From Hallerella sp. (lineage in GTDB: Bacteria > Bacillota > Clostridia > Oscillospirales > Oscillospiraceae): a stretch of DNA of 64,000 bases. Under the pieces are notes generated by a model. The model saw nothing but the letters and a program-made list of their open reading frames with translations. It ran no database searches and was not told where the DNA came from. The position numbers and the translations under genes were made by a program. Positions 17,163 to 26,338 of this stretch are shown here, piece after piece. Every line of letters begins with the position of its first letter. Within the stretch, counting starts at the first letter, position 1. The stretch is taken from positions 26,093 through 90,092 of the forward strand of contig CAVFCI010000001.1 in the NCBI GenBank assembly GCA_963620985.1. The letters run 5' to 3'.

Positions 17163-18206
17163 ATGAAAAAAAGATCGGCATCACTTTTATTCTGCGTTCT
17201 CATTATATGCAGCCTGCTTGCAGGCTGCATGAGAAACGTCGAGGCCGTAAGCTTCGCCGGAGACATTGAGCTCGGCGAGGACGGCATTGTAAAAAAAGAG
17301 GTTCTCGAGCAGCTTATAAGTGCAAACGAGATAGCCTCCATATGCGGAAAAAACGGCGGGTACAGCTATAAATGGACGGTGTCCGGCGCTGATATCGGAC
17401 AGCCGCGCGAGCTGTGCATGGCCGTCGATATCACGGAAAACGCCGACGGCAGCGTCAGAGCCGCCCTCAAAAGCGGCGAGAGCTTCGGCTTTCTCCCCAC
17501 GCTGTCGATAACGCTCGATAATAAGTGGGACGCGCTTTCGGCAGACGTTTACGATACCGAGGGCAATAAGCTGTCCACGGCCTCCGTTACGGGCAGCGGG
17601 AGCACGACCCTGAGCTTCAAGCTCACAGACGGCGTTTTCACCTACATCATCCGTGCTGCCGAACAAACGCCCGCGCCGGAGAGCAGCGCCAAGCTCTCCG
17701 ACGGCAGCCGCACCGAGCAGGATAAGTACAAAACAGATCCCGTTCCGAGCGGTAAGCCCGAGCCGGTCGAGCCGTCGAGTGCTCCCGTTGACGAGAAAAA
17801 GCTGCTGCACTGCACGGTGTCGATAGACTGCATGACCATACTCGACAATCTCGGAGAGCTCAAGCCGGAAAAGCTTGATGTCCTGCCGTCGGACGGCGTT
17901 ATTCTAAAGGCCGTCAGCGTCGAGCTATATGAGGGCGAGTCGGTGTACGACGTTTTGCAGCGCGTGTGCCGCGACTACGGCATACAGCTTGAGGCGGCCT
18001 TCACTCCGGCGTATAACAGCGCCTATGTCGAGGGCATCGGCAACCTCTACGAAAAGGACTGCGGAACGCTGTCGGGCTGGACATATCTGGTCAACGGCTG
18101 GCAGCCCAACTACGGCTGCAGCCGCTATGCGCTGCATGACGGCGACAGGGTGGAGTGGCGCTATACCTGCGATCTCGGCGCGGACGTGGGAGGCGGGATG
18201 CTCTGA
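17163..18206 (+). CDS. Lipoprotein with C-terminal DUF4430 (transcobalamin-like) domain
   Basis: Lipobox LLAGC. C-terminal segment ESVYDVLQRV...GWTYLVNGWQPNYGCSRYALHDGDRVEWRY fits the DUF4430 pattern. Confidence 0.7.
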   Translation: MKKRSASLLFCVLIICSLLAGCMRNVEAVSFAGDIELGEDGIVKKEVLEQLISANEIASICGKNGGYSYKWTVSGADIGQPRELCMAVDITENADGSVRAALKSGESFGFLPTLSITLDNKWDALSADVYDTEGNKLSTASVTGSGSTTLSFKLTDGVFTYIIRAAEQTPAPESSAKLSDGSRTEQDKYKTDPVPSGKPEPVEPSSAPVDEKKLLHCTVSIDCMTILDNLGELKPEKLDVLPSDGVILKAVSVELYEGESVYDVLQRVCRDYGIQLEAAFTPAYNSAYVEGIGNLYEKDCGTLSGWTYLVNGWQPNYGCSRYALHDGDRVEWRYTCDLGADVGGGML

Positions 18207-19096
18207 TGAAGGACGCTTTTTCCGGACTGCATCCGGCGGTGAGCCTTGCGTATTTTGCCGCCGTGCTGACGCTCACGATGCTGTACATGCATCCGCTGCT
18301 GCTCATTCTGAGCCTCATAGCCTCGGCAGGCTATGTCTGCATCTTGAAGGGTGCGCGGCACTTTGCCAAAACGCTCCTGTGCCTTGTGCCCTTTCTCATA
18401 CTCATGTCGCTCATAAACGCCCTGTTTAACCACGGCGGCGTTACGCCGCTGTATTATCTGCCAAACGGCAATGCGATAACCGCGGAGGCTCTCACCTTCG
18501 GCTTCTTCGCCTCGGTGATGTTCTGCGCCGTGATACTGTGGTTTGACTGCTTTAACGCCGTCATGACCTCGGATAAGCTGCTGTTTCTGTTCGGCAGGCT
18601 CAGCCCCTCGCTGTCGCTGCTGCTGTCAATGTCGCTGCGCCTTGTGCCCAAGCTCGGGCGCAAAATACGCAGCATCGACGCGGCGCGTGCCCAGATAGGC
18701 CGCGGCAGTGCGCAGGGCAGCTTTTTCAACCGCGTAAAAAACAGCATGGACGTGCTGTCCGTAACGCTCACATGGGCGCTCGAAAGCTCCGTAACGGCGG
18801 CAAGCTCAATGAAAAGCAGGGGCTGCGGCGCGGCACGGCGGACGAGCTTTTCACTGTATAAATTCGAGCTGCGCGACGGCATAACGCTTGCCGTGTGCGC
18901 GCTTTCGGCGGGCGTGACCGTCGCCTGCGTTCTCGGCGGCGGAATTTACGCACGCTACTATCCCTCGGTCATAATAAGCGGCTTCGGCGGCGCGTCCGCG
19001 CCGGGCACTGCGGCGTTTGCACTGCTGTGCTTTGCACCCCAGCTTTTTGATGCAAAGGAGGCTCTCGTATGGCGGCGTTTGAGATCCGCGATCTGA
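18206..19096 (+). CDS. ECF transporter transmembrane (T) component, CbiQ/EcfT family
   Basis: Polytopic membrane protein with the ARAQIGRG-type coupling-helix motif. TGATG overlap with the upstream stop. Confidence 0.7.
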   Translation: MKDAFSGLHPAVSLAYFAAVLTLTMLYMHPLLLILSLIASAGYVCILKGARHFAKTLLCLVPFLILMSLINALFNHGGVTPLYYLPNGNAITAEALTFGFFASVMFCAVILWFDCFNAVMTSDKLLFLFGRLSPSLSLLLSMSLRLVPKLGRKIRSIDAARAQIGRGSAQGSFFNRVKNSMDVLSVTLTWALESSVTAASSMKSRGCGAARRTSFSLYKFELRDGITLAVCALSAGVTVACVLGGGIYARYYPSVIISGFGGASAPGTAAFALLCFAPQLFDAKEALVWRRLRSAI

Positions 19097-20652
19097 GCTT
19101 TACATATCCAAACGAAAATAAGCCTGCCCTCGAGCATATCACGATGGACATTCCCGAGGGCGGGATAACTCTAATATGCGGTGCGAGCGGCAGCGGAAAG
19201 AGCACGCTCCTGCGCAGGCTGAAAAGCTGCCTTGCAGATCACGGCAGGGCAGAGGGGGAGCTGCTGTTTTTAGGCAGAGCCCTGAACGATGTGCCGGAGG
19301 CGGAGCAGGCGCGGCGCATAGGCTTCGTGTTCCAGCATCCGGACGATCAGATAGTGACCGACAAGGTCTTTCACGAGCTCGCCTTCGGACCGGAAAGCCT
19401 CGGCTGGGATCAGAGAAAAATGCGCCTTGCCGTCGCCGAGATGGCAAGCTATTTCGGCCTTTCCGAGCTTTTCGACAAGAACGTCGCCGAGCTCTCAGGC
19501 GGCCAGAAGCAGCTCGTGAACCTCGCCTCTGCCGCTGTCCTGCGGCCTGACGTGCTCGTCCTTGACGAGCCGACGAGTCAGCTCGACCCCATTGCCGCGG
19601 CGGATTTTCTGGCGACTGTGCGCAAATTGAACGAGGATCTCGGCCTGACCGTCATACTCACCGAGCACAGGCTCGAGGAGGCACTGCCGATGGCGGATAT
19701 GCTCGCCGTTCTGGAAAACGGCAGGCTCATTGCCTGTGATGCGCCGCAAAAAGCAGCGATGCAGATAAGAGACAGCGCGGTATTCTCCTCAATGCCCGCT
19801 GCGGTGAAGATATTTGCCGCCCTCGGCGGCGAGGGCGGCGCGCCGCTCACGGTGGGGCAGGGCAGGGCGTTTATCGCCTCGCGCATGCACGATAAGGTTG
19901 ACATAATACAAAAGCCCGCCCATGGGCGCGGCTCACCGGCGGTCGAGCTGAAAAGCTGCTGGTTCAGGTACGAAAAAAACGCGCCCGACGTTCTGCGCGG
20001 CCTTGAGCTTAAGCTGTACGCGGGCGAGATATGCGCTCTGCTCGGCGGCAACGGCTCGGGCAAGAGCACGAGCGTCGGCATCCTCTCCGGCAGGCTGAAG
20101 CCGTATCGCGGCAAGGTGAAGGGCAGCGGCGTTCGCATTGCGGCGCTGCCGCAGGATCCGCGTGAGCTGTTCGTAAAGGACAGGGTGTCAGACGAGCTGC
20201 GCGAGATGGGAGCCGGCGAAGCGGAGCTTGCGCAGCTCGTGCAGTTCCTTGAGCTTGAAGCGCTTCTTGAGCGCCACCCCTTTGACATATCGGGCGGCGA
20301 GCAGCAGCGTCTCGCACTCGGAAAGCTGCTGCTGATACATCCCGATGTGCTGCTGCTCGACGAGCCGACAAAGGGCATGGACGGGCAGCTCAAGCAGCGC
20401 TTCGGCGAGCTTCTGACGAAGCTGCGCGATGAGGGCAAGGCCGTGCTTCTGGTAAGCCACGATATTGAATTCTGCGCACGCTATGCCGGCCGCTGCGCCC
20501 TGCTTTTCAGGGGCGAGATCGTGACGGAGAGCGCGCCGCGCGAATTTTTTTCCGGCAATTTCTTTTATACGACAGCCGCCGCGAAGCTCAGCCGCGGCCT
20601 CATAAACGGAACGGTTCTCTGCGAGGAGGTGATCGAGTGCTTGAAGAAGTGA
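19069..20652 (+). CDS. ECF transporter ATPase, fused duplicated ABC domains (EcfA-EcfA')
   Basis: Two sets of Walker A (GASGSGKST, GGNGSGKST), signature (LSGGQKQ, ISGGEQQ) and Walker B (LVLDEPTS, LLLDEPTK) motifs. Confidence 0.9.
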   Translation: MAAFEIRDLSFTYPNENKPALEHITMDIPEGGITLICGASGSGKSTLLRRLKSCLADHGRAEGELLFLGRALNDVPEAEQARRIGFVFQHPDDQIVTDKVFHELAFGPESLGWDQRKMRLAVAEMASYFGLSELFDKNVAELSGGQKQLVNLASAAVLRPDVLVLDEPTSQLDPIAAADFLATVRKLNEDLGLTVILTEHRLEEALPMADMLAVLENGRLIACDAPQKAAMQIRDSAVFSSMPAAVKIFAALGGEGGAPLTVGQGRAFIASRMHDKVDIIQKPAHGRGSPAVELKSCWFRYEKNAPDVLRGLELKLYAGEICALLGGNGSGKSTSVGILSGRLKPYRGKVKGSGVRIAALPQDPRELFVKDRVSDELREMGAGEAELAQLVQFLELEALLERHPFDISGGEQQRLALGKLLLIHPDVLLLDEPTKGMDGQLKQRFGELLTKLRDEGKAVLLVSHDIEFCARYAGRCALLFRGEIVTESAPREFFSGNFFYTTAAAKLSRGLINGTVLCEEVIECLKK

Positions 20653-21338
20653 AGCATAAGCGCATTGCGATCGCCGTTGCGGTGCTCGTGCTGTCTGCGG
20701 CAATAATAGCCGTCGAAACATATCTGTGGAACAACCGCAAGTATTACCTGACCTCGCTTATCATCATACTGCTTGCCATGCTGCCGTTTTTCGCCCGCTT
20801 CGAGGGGCGCAGGCCGCAGGTGCGTGAGCTCGTGCTGCTCGCGGTGATGACGGCCTTCGCCGTCGCGGGGCGTGCGGCGTTTTACTGGGCACCGCAGCTC
20901 AAGCCCGTGTGCGCGATAGTGATCTTAACGGCTGCGGCCTTTAACGCCGAGGCGGGATTTATAACCGGTGCTGCGTCCGGCCTCATATCCAATATGTTCT
21001 TCGGACAGGGACCGTGGACACCATGGCAGATGCTCGGCTTCGGACTCGTCGGCTTTTTTGCCGGAGTGCTGTTTTCCGGCAGGGAGGTGAAAACGGCGCC
21101 GCTCCTGCTCTACGGCTTTTTCTCGGTGCTCATCATTTACGGTATCCTGCTGGACACGGGCTCGCTTCTCATGTATTCGCAGGACGTGAGCATAGCCGCG
21201 CTTACGGCAATGTACGCATCGGGCTTTTCCTTTAACCTTGTCCACGCAGCCGGCACGGTGCTGTTCCTGCTCCTGCTGAAGGGACCTGTGCTGTCAAAGC
21301 TGCGGCGCATAAAAATAAAATACGGGATGATGATTTGA
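20637..21338 (+). CDS. ECF transporter substrate-specific (S) component, B12-type by context
   Basis: 233-aa protein with 6 TM helices. GTG start 8 nt after a GAGGAGG RBS. Last gene of the riboswitch-controlled cluster. Substrate is inferred from context only. Confidence 0.55.
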   Translation: MLEEVKHKRIAIAVAVLVLSAAIIAVETYLWNNRKYYLTSLIIILLAMLPFFARFEGRRPQVRELVLLAVMTAFAVAGRAAFYWAPQLKPVCAIVILTAAAFNAEAGFITGAASGLISNMFFGQGPWTPWQMLGFGLVGFFAGVLFSGREVKTAPLLLYGFFSVLIIYGILLDTGSLLMYSQDVSIAALTAMYASGFSFNLVHAAGTVLFLLLLKGPVLSKLRRIKIKYGMMI

Positions 21339-21378
21339 ATGTGCAGATACGCTTACAAAAAGTGCCTGCACATTTTTT
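21338..21378 (+). terminator. Candidate terminator after the ECF cluster
   Basis: AATGTGCAG...CTGCACATT stem followed by TTTTAAA. The loop is large (19 nt). Confidence 0.4.
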
Positions 21379-21576
21379 AAATCAAAATTGCTCATAATGC
21401 CTAAAAAATGCATTTTCGCACTTAACGGTGCAAAAACGCGGCAATAACACAAGAATTGCATTTTTCGAGGTTAAAAATACGGTGCAAAATATTTCGCTTG
21501 ACTAAATACACAAAAAATATGCGCAATTTTTGTTGATTATGGCAAGCGATTATCTTGAAATTAACGAGTATAAATG

Positions 21577-21605
21577 TTGACGTTGAAATTGCATGATGCT
21601 ACAAT
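21577..21605 (+). promoter_or_regulatory. Sigma-A-like promoter of the NTPase/kor operon
   Basis: TTGACG, 17-nt spacer, TACAAT. Confidence 0.5.
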
Positions 21606-21652
21606 ATATATGTGTTTGAATGCGTTCATATAATGAACGGAGGTTACTTTCA

Positions 21653-22393
21653 ATGAAGAATGTTAAGGTTCTTATCGGCAACTACGGCAGCGGCAAAAGC
21701 GAGCTTGCGCTCAATTTTGCGATCCAGGCCGCAGCTCGCGGAGACAGGACAGAGCTTATAGACCTTGATATGGTCAATACATATTTCAGACTTACCGAGC
21801 GCGGCAAGATGGTCGAGCAGAAGGAGATCAGGCTCGTATCTCCCAACTATGCCTGCTCGGGCATTGAAACGCTCTCCCTTCCGGCGGAGGTCGCCTCGGC
21901 CTTTGTCCTTGACTGGGACACGGTCGTGTTCGATGTCGGCGGCGACGATGTCGGCGCAACGGCGCTGGGGCGCTATCATCAGGACTTCGTTGAGCTTGAG
22001 CCCGGCGCTCTGGAGGTGCTCAATGTCGTCAATATCCGCAGACCGCTGTCCGGCACGGTGGAGAAGCTCATAAGGCTTCAGGAGGGAATGCAGGCGCATT
22101 CGAGGCTCCAGATAACCGGCATGATAAACAACACGAACCTTGCGACGGAAACCTCCGTCGAGGAGCTGCGCGACGGCTATGAGATGCTCAGGGAGGTCTC
22201 TGACAGGACGGGCATCCCCGTTGCGTATACGACAGGAAAGAAGGATCTGCTCGAGCAGTTCCTCGCCGAGGGACACGATCCGAAATATATCGGCAAGCCC
22301 ATTCCCATAGATGTGTACATGCACCGTGACTGGGATTCGTACATCAAATACGGACTGCACACGGTAGACCCGCAGAAAAACTTCAAGCATTGA
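21653..22393 (+). CDS. Uncharacterised P-loop NTPase (MinD/ParA-like fold suspected)
   Basis: Walker A GNYGSGKS within 20 aa of the N-terminus and a Walker-B-like VVFDVGGDD. GGAGG RBS before the ATG at 21653. Confidence 0.55.
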   Translation: MKNVKVLIGNYGSGKSELALNFAIQAAARGDRTELIDLDMVNTYFRLTERGKMVEQKEIRLVSPNYACSGIETLSLPAEVASAFVLDWDTVVFDVGGDDVGATALGRYHQDFVELEPGALEVLNVVNIRRPLSGTVEKLIRLQEGMQAHSRLQITGMINNTNLATETSVEELRDGYEMLREVSDRTGIPVAYTTGKKDLLEQFLAEGHDPKYIGKPIPIDVYMHRDWDSYIKYGLHTVDPQKNFKH

Positions 22394-22463
22394 TTGCGCG
22401 ACCCCGCTTTATGCGGATTAAATAAATCAGCAAATAGCAAAAATAAAGAAAAGAGGTAGCAAC

Positions 22464-22673
22464 ATGGTAAAGGTAACCATCAATGAGAACCTGTGCAAGG
22501 GCTGCGGTCTCTGTGCAAGAGCGTGCCCCAAGGGTTGCATTGAACTTTCCAAGGCAAAAATCAACGCAAAAGGCTATCACCCGGCAGAGGTTGTAAAACC
22601 TGAAGAGTGCATCGGCTGCGCATCCTGCGCACGCACATGCCCCGACGTGGTAATCCACATCGAGAAGGATTAA
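22464..22673 (+). CDS. 2-oxoacid:ferredoxin oxidoreductase delta subunit (2x[4Fe-4S] ferredoxin)
   Basis: Two cysteine clusters: CKGCGLCARACP and CIGCASCARTCP. Confidence 0.85.
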   Translation: MVKVTINENLCKGCGLCARACPKGCIELSKAKINAKGYHPAEVVKPEECIGCASCARTCPDVVIHIEKD

Positions 22674-22686
22674 GGAGGAAATTATA

Positions 22687-23772
22687 ATGGCAAAAACTCT
22701 TATGAAGGGTAGCGAAGCTATTGCAGAGGCAGCCATCAGAGCCGGCGCTCGTTATTTCTTCGGCTATCCCATCACCCCGCAGACCGAGATTCCTGAATAC
22801 ATGTCTGCACGTATGTTTGATCCCGACGTAAACGGCTGCTTCCTGCAGGCTGAGTCCGAGGTCGCAGCTATCAACATGATCTACGGTGCAGCCGGTACCG
22901 GCGCACGCGCCATCACTTCCTCCTCCAGCCCCGGCATCTCCCTGAAGCAGGAGGGTATCTCCTACTGCGCAGGCGCAATGCTTCCCTGCGTTATCCTGAA
23001 CGTAATGCGCGGCGGCCCCGGCCTCGGCAACATTCAGGCCTCTCAGGGCGACTACTTCCAGGCTGTCAAGGGCGGCGGCAACGGTGACTACCACCTGCTG
23101 ACCTACGCACCCTCCTCCGTTCAGGAAGCAGTTGACATCATGATGTTCGCATACGACAAGGCAGAGCAGTACCGCATCCCCGTGCTGTTCATCGCAGACG
23201 GCATCATCGCTCAGATGATGGAGCCTGTTGAGATGCCCGATATGGTCGATTACAAGATCGATCCCGAGAAGAAGCCCTGGGCATGCACCGGCTGGAAGCC
23301 CGGCGACGATCCTGCAAAGCGCGGCGTCATCAACTCCATTTACATCGACACCGAGTCTCTGTCCGTACATAACGCAGAGCTTCAGGCAATGTACGCTGAG
23401 GTCACCAAGAACGAGAAGATGTGGGAAAACTACAATCTCGAAGGCGCAGAGTACATCATCACCGCATTCGGCACTGTCGCACGTATTGCAAAGTCTGCTA
23501 TTGATCAGCTCAAGGCAGAGGGTATCAACGTCGGTCTGGTACGTCCAATCACCGTATGGCCGTTCCCGTACGAGGCCATTGCGGAAGCAGTCAATGCTGA
23601 AGGCGTAAAGGCAGTTCTCGACGTAGAGCTGAACGAAGGCCAGATGCTCGAGGACGTTAAGCTTGCTGTCAACGGCGCAAAGCCCATTGATTTCTTCGGT
23701 CACTGCGGCTCCCAGATGCCCACCACCGACGAGATCGTTGCAAAGATCAAGAGCATGAAGGAGGGTAAATAA
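22687..23772 (+). CDS. 2-oxoacid:ferredoxin oxidoreductase alpha subunit (KorA/VorB type)
   Basis: N-terminus MKGSEAIAEAAIRAGARYFFGYPITPQTEI typical of OFOR alpha subunits. Substrate is not resolvable from sequence alone. Confidence 0.85.
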   Translation: MAKTLMKGSEAIAEAAIRAGARYFFGYPITPQTEIPEYMSARMFDPDVNGCFLQAESEVAAINMIYGAAGTGARAITSSSSPGISLKQEGISYCAGAMLPCVILNVMRGGPGLGNIQASQGDYFQAVKGGGNGDYHLLTYAPSSVQEAVDIMMFAYDKAEQYRIPVLFIADGIIAQMMEPVEMPDMVDYKIDPEKKPWACTGWKPGDDPAKRGVINSIYIDTESLSVHNAELQAMYAEVTKNEKMWENYNLEGAEYIITAFGTVARIAKSAIDQLKAEGINVGLVRPITVWPFPYEAIAEAVNAEGVKAVLDVELNEGQMLEDVKLAVNGAKPIDFFGHCGSQMPTTDEIVAKIKSMKEGK

Positions 23773-24534
23773 ATGTCCGTAGTATTTGAGAGAACTAAAC
23801 TCCTTACCGACAAGACTTTCCATTACTGCCCCGGCTGCAACCACGGCATCATCCATCGCCTGGTAGCAGAGTCCATCGAGGAGCTCGAAAAGGAAGGCGT
23901 TATCGAAGAAGGTAAGGTCATCGGCGTAGCACCTGTCGGCTGCTCCGTATTTGCATATGATTACTTTAACTGCGATATGTACGAAGCCGCACACGGCCGT
24001 GCACCCGCAGTCGCAACCGGCGCAAAGCGCGTTGTCGGCAAGGATACCCTCGTATTCACCTATCAGGGCGACGGCGACCTTGCTTCCATCGGTACCGCAG
24101 AGATCGTCCACGCTGCACACCGCGGCGAGCACATCTGCACCATTTTCGTCAACAATGCCATTTACGGCATGACCGGCGGCCAGATGGCTCCTACCACCCT
24201 CGTTGGTCAGAAGACCACCACCTCCCCCAAGGGTCGTGACGAGGCATGGTGCGGCGCACCTATCCGCGTTGCTGAGATGCTCTCGACCATTCCCGGATCT
24301 TACTACATTGAGCGCTGCGCTGTCAACACCAACGCAAACATCATGAAGACCAAGAAGGCCATCAAGAAGGCATTCACCTATCAGATGCAGGGCAAGGGCT
24401 TCTGCCTGGTAGAGGTTCTTTCCACCTGCCCCACCAACTGGGGTCTCAGCCCGATCGAGGCTATGAAGTGGCTCGAAGAGAATATGATTCCTTACTATCC
24501 TCTCGGCGTTAAGAAAGACAAGGAGGCCGAATAA
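23773..24534 (+). CDS. 2-oxoacid:ferredoxin oxidoreductase beta subunit (TPP-binding)
   Basis: CPGCNHG cysteine motif and the TPP motif [11 protein letters not shown]...[11 protein letters not shown]. Confidence 0.85.
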   Translation: MSVVFERTKLLTDKTFHYCPGCNHGIIHRLVAESIEELEKEGVIEEGKVIGVAPVGCSVFAYDYFNCDMYEAAHGRAPAVATGAKRVVGKDTLVFTYQGDGDLASIGTAEIVHAAHRGEHICTIFVNNAIYGMTGGQMAPTTLVGQKTTTSPKGRDEAWCGAPIRVAEMLSTIPGSYYIERCAVNTNANIMKTKKAIKKAFTYQMQGKGFCLVEVLSTCPTNWGLSPIEAMKWLEENMIPYYPLGVKKDKEAE

Positions 24535-24535
24535 T

Positions 24536-25078
24536 ATGAAAAAAGAGTTTATATTCGCCGGTTTCGGCGGTCAGGGCATGCTCCTGATCGGTAAGTTCCT
24601 TGCAATGGCTTGCATGCTCGACGGCAAGCACGTCTCCTGGCTGCCTTCCTACGGCCCTGAGATGCGCGGCGGTACCGCAAACTGCTCGGTCATCGTCTCC
24701 GACGATCCCGTTGCTTCTCCTCTGGTCGATATGGCTGATGTCGTTGTCGCCATGAACCGTCCTTCTCTGGACAAGTTCGAGGCACACGTCAAGCCCGGCG
24801 GCGTTCTGGTCATCAACAGCTCCCTGATCGACCGCAAGGCAGAGCGCGACGACATTCAGGTCGTTTACTGCGACGCAAACCGCATCGCAGAGGAAGTCGG
24901 CAACCCCAAGGGCGCAAACGTCGCTATCCTTGGCGCACTGCTGGCAAAGGCTCCCGTCGTTGACGACGAGAAGATGAGCGAGGCTATCCGCATCGAGCTC
25001 GGCGAGCGCAAGGCAAAGTTCCTGCCCGGCAACATGAAGGCTCTTCAGGCCGGCAAGGACGACGCTGCAAAGCAGTAA
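24536..25078 (+). CDS. 2-oxoacid:ferredoxin oxidoreductase gamma subunit
   Basis: FAGFGGQGMLLIGK motif typical of OFOR gamma subunits. Confidence 0.85.
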   Translation: MKKEFIFAGFGGQGMLLIGKFLAMACMLDGKHVSWLPSYGPEMRGGTANCSVIVSDDPVASPLVDMADVVVAMNRPSLDKFEAHVKPGGVLVINSSLIDRKAERDDIQVVYCDANRIAEEVGNPKGANVAILGALLAKAPVVDDEKMSEAIRIELGERKAKFLPGNMKALQAGKDDAAKQ

Positions 25079-25100
25079 TATCCACGCTTAGCTAATAGTT

Positions 25101-25141
25101 AAAAAAACAGGTACAGTCTTTTGGCTGTACCTGTTTTTTGT
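25101..25141. terminator. Bidirectional rho-independent terminator
   Basis: AAAAAAACAGGTACAG...CTGTACCTGTTTTTT between convergent genes. Confidence 0.7.
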
Positions 25142-25159
25142 TATGATTATGCTCGGTTT

Positions 25160-26335
25160 TCAGAATGTCAGCTCATCCACTGTCGGGATAAGGTCGATAA
25201 GCTGCCGGCGGTAATACGCGATAAGCTCCTCGCGTCTCGGCTCGTTGCGTCGTATCGTGCGGCGCAGCAGACGCATATAGCCGATGAGCTTTGCCTTGTC
25301 CTCAACCTCCTTGAGCCTTTTCTCGTCATCCGTTTCGAGATACATGGCAAGCGCCCTGTGCCAGAACTCCATGCCGACCTCGTAGGGGATGCCGATGAAG
25401 CGCTCCATCACCGAATGGTCAAGCTCCGCAAAGCCGCCATAGGCGTTGAACATGGAGCCGAGCTCGAATATGGGATGCCCCATGCAGAGGGTGTCCATGT
25501 CGATAAGCAGCGCCTCGCCGTCACGCACCATGAGGTTGTTAGTGTGATAGTCGCCGTGCATCATCGTGTTCTGCTCTGGAACGGCCTGCACCATATCGTA
25601 CAGCCTGCTGCCGAGCTCTGCGGGCAGATGCTCGCGGTCAAATGCCGCCCAGCCGAGTGCGACCTGCTTCATATCCGGCAGCTCGCCGGGCTTGAGCACC
25701 GTCGAGTGTATCTGCCTGAGCATGTCCACATAGTATTTAAGCGGCTTTTCCAGATGCTCGGGGTCATTTTTTATGAGCTCTGACAGGGAGACGGCCTCCA
25801 GAAGCTCCATGACCGTGCCGTAGCTTTCGCCGATGCGCACAACGTCATAGGGGATAGCTGTGTTGATGCCGAGAACCAGCGCCTTTCTGGCCAGCTCACG
25901 CTCGCGCTGTATCTCCGGCAGAGCGTTGGGATTAAAATACAGCTTTATGATCGTTTCGGGGTCGTAGCGGTAGACAGCGCCGTTTGAGCCCTTGCCGATA
26001 AGCGCGCAGCCCTCGACAGAGAGGCGGCGGTACGCCTTTTTGACCGTCATCATTTCGGTGAAGCCGGTCATATCCAGAACGTCGTATACCTCGGACGAGA
26101 CGTTTATGACCGCAAGCTCCGGTGCTCCCTTGCGCAGACGCAGCAGTATGCGCAGACCGGCGCTCGATATGTACTCGAGTTTTTCTGCGTCTATAACGAC
26201 ATCAGCTTCCGGCGCCGTACTGCGCGCGGCAGTCAGCTGCTTTTCAGCCTCCGCTGCGTTCGATGCGTCTATGCGCCCGCTCAGACACGCGGTCAGCACG
26301 CCGTTGTTTATATGATATGTAAGCAGCTCAGACAT
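25160..26335 (-). CDS. STAS domain fused to an APH/choline-kinase-like phosphotransferase domain
   Basis: The N-terminal ~105 aa are STAS (IDAEKLEYISSAGLRILL, VYDVLDMTGF). Then a kinase-like fold: G-loop IGKGSNGAVY, catalytic HGDYHTNNLMV, metal-binding LIDMD. Confidence 0.75.
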   Translation of the reverse strand: MSELLTYHINNGVLTACLSGRIDASNAAEAEKQLTAARSTAPEADVVIDAEKLEYISSAGLRILLRLRKGAPELAVINVSSEVYDVLDMTGFTEMMTVKKAYRRLSVEGCALIGKGSNGAVYRYDPETIIKLYFNPNALPEIQRERELARKALVLGINTAIPYDVVRIGESYGTVMELLEAVSLSELIKNDPEHLEKPLKYYVDMLRQIHSTVLKPGELPDMKQVALGWAAFDREHLPAELGSRLYDMVQAVPEQNTMMHGDYHTNNLMVRDGEALLIDMDTLCMGHPIFELGSMFNAYGGFAELDHSVMERFIGIPYEVGMEFWHRALAMYLETDDEKRLKEVEDKAKLIGYMRLLRRTIRRNEPRREELIAYYRRQLIDLIPTVDELTF

Positions 26336-26338
26336 TTT

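Noticed and set aside
22561-24132. 523-aa ORF antisense to the OFOR alpha and beta genes.
   Set aside because: Same artefact. The sense strand carries clear OFOR motifs, and the antisense product has no recognisable domain or RBS.
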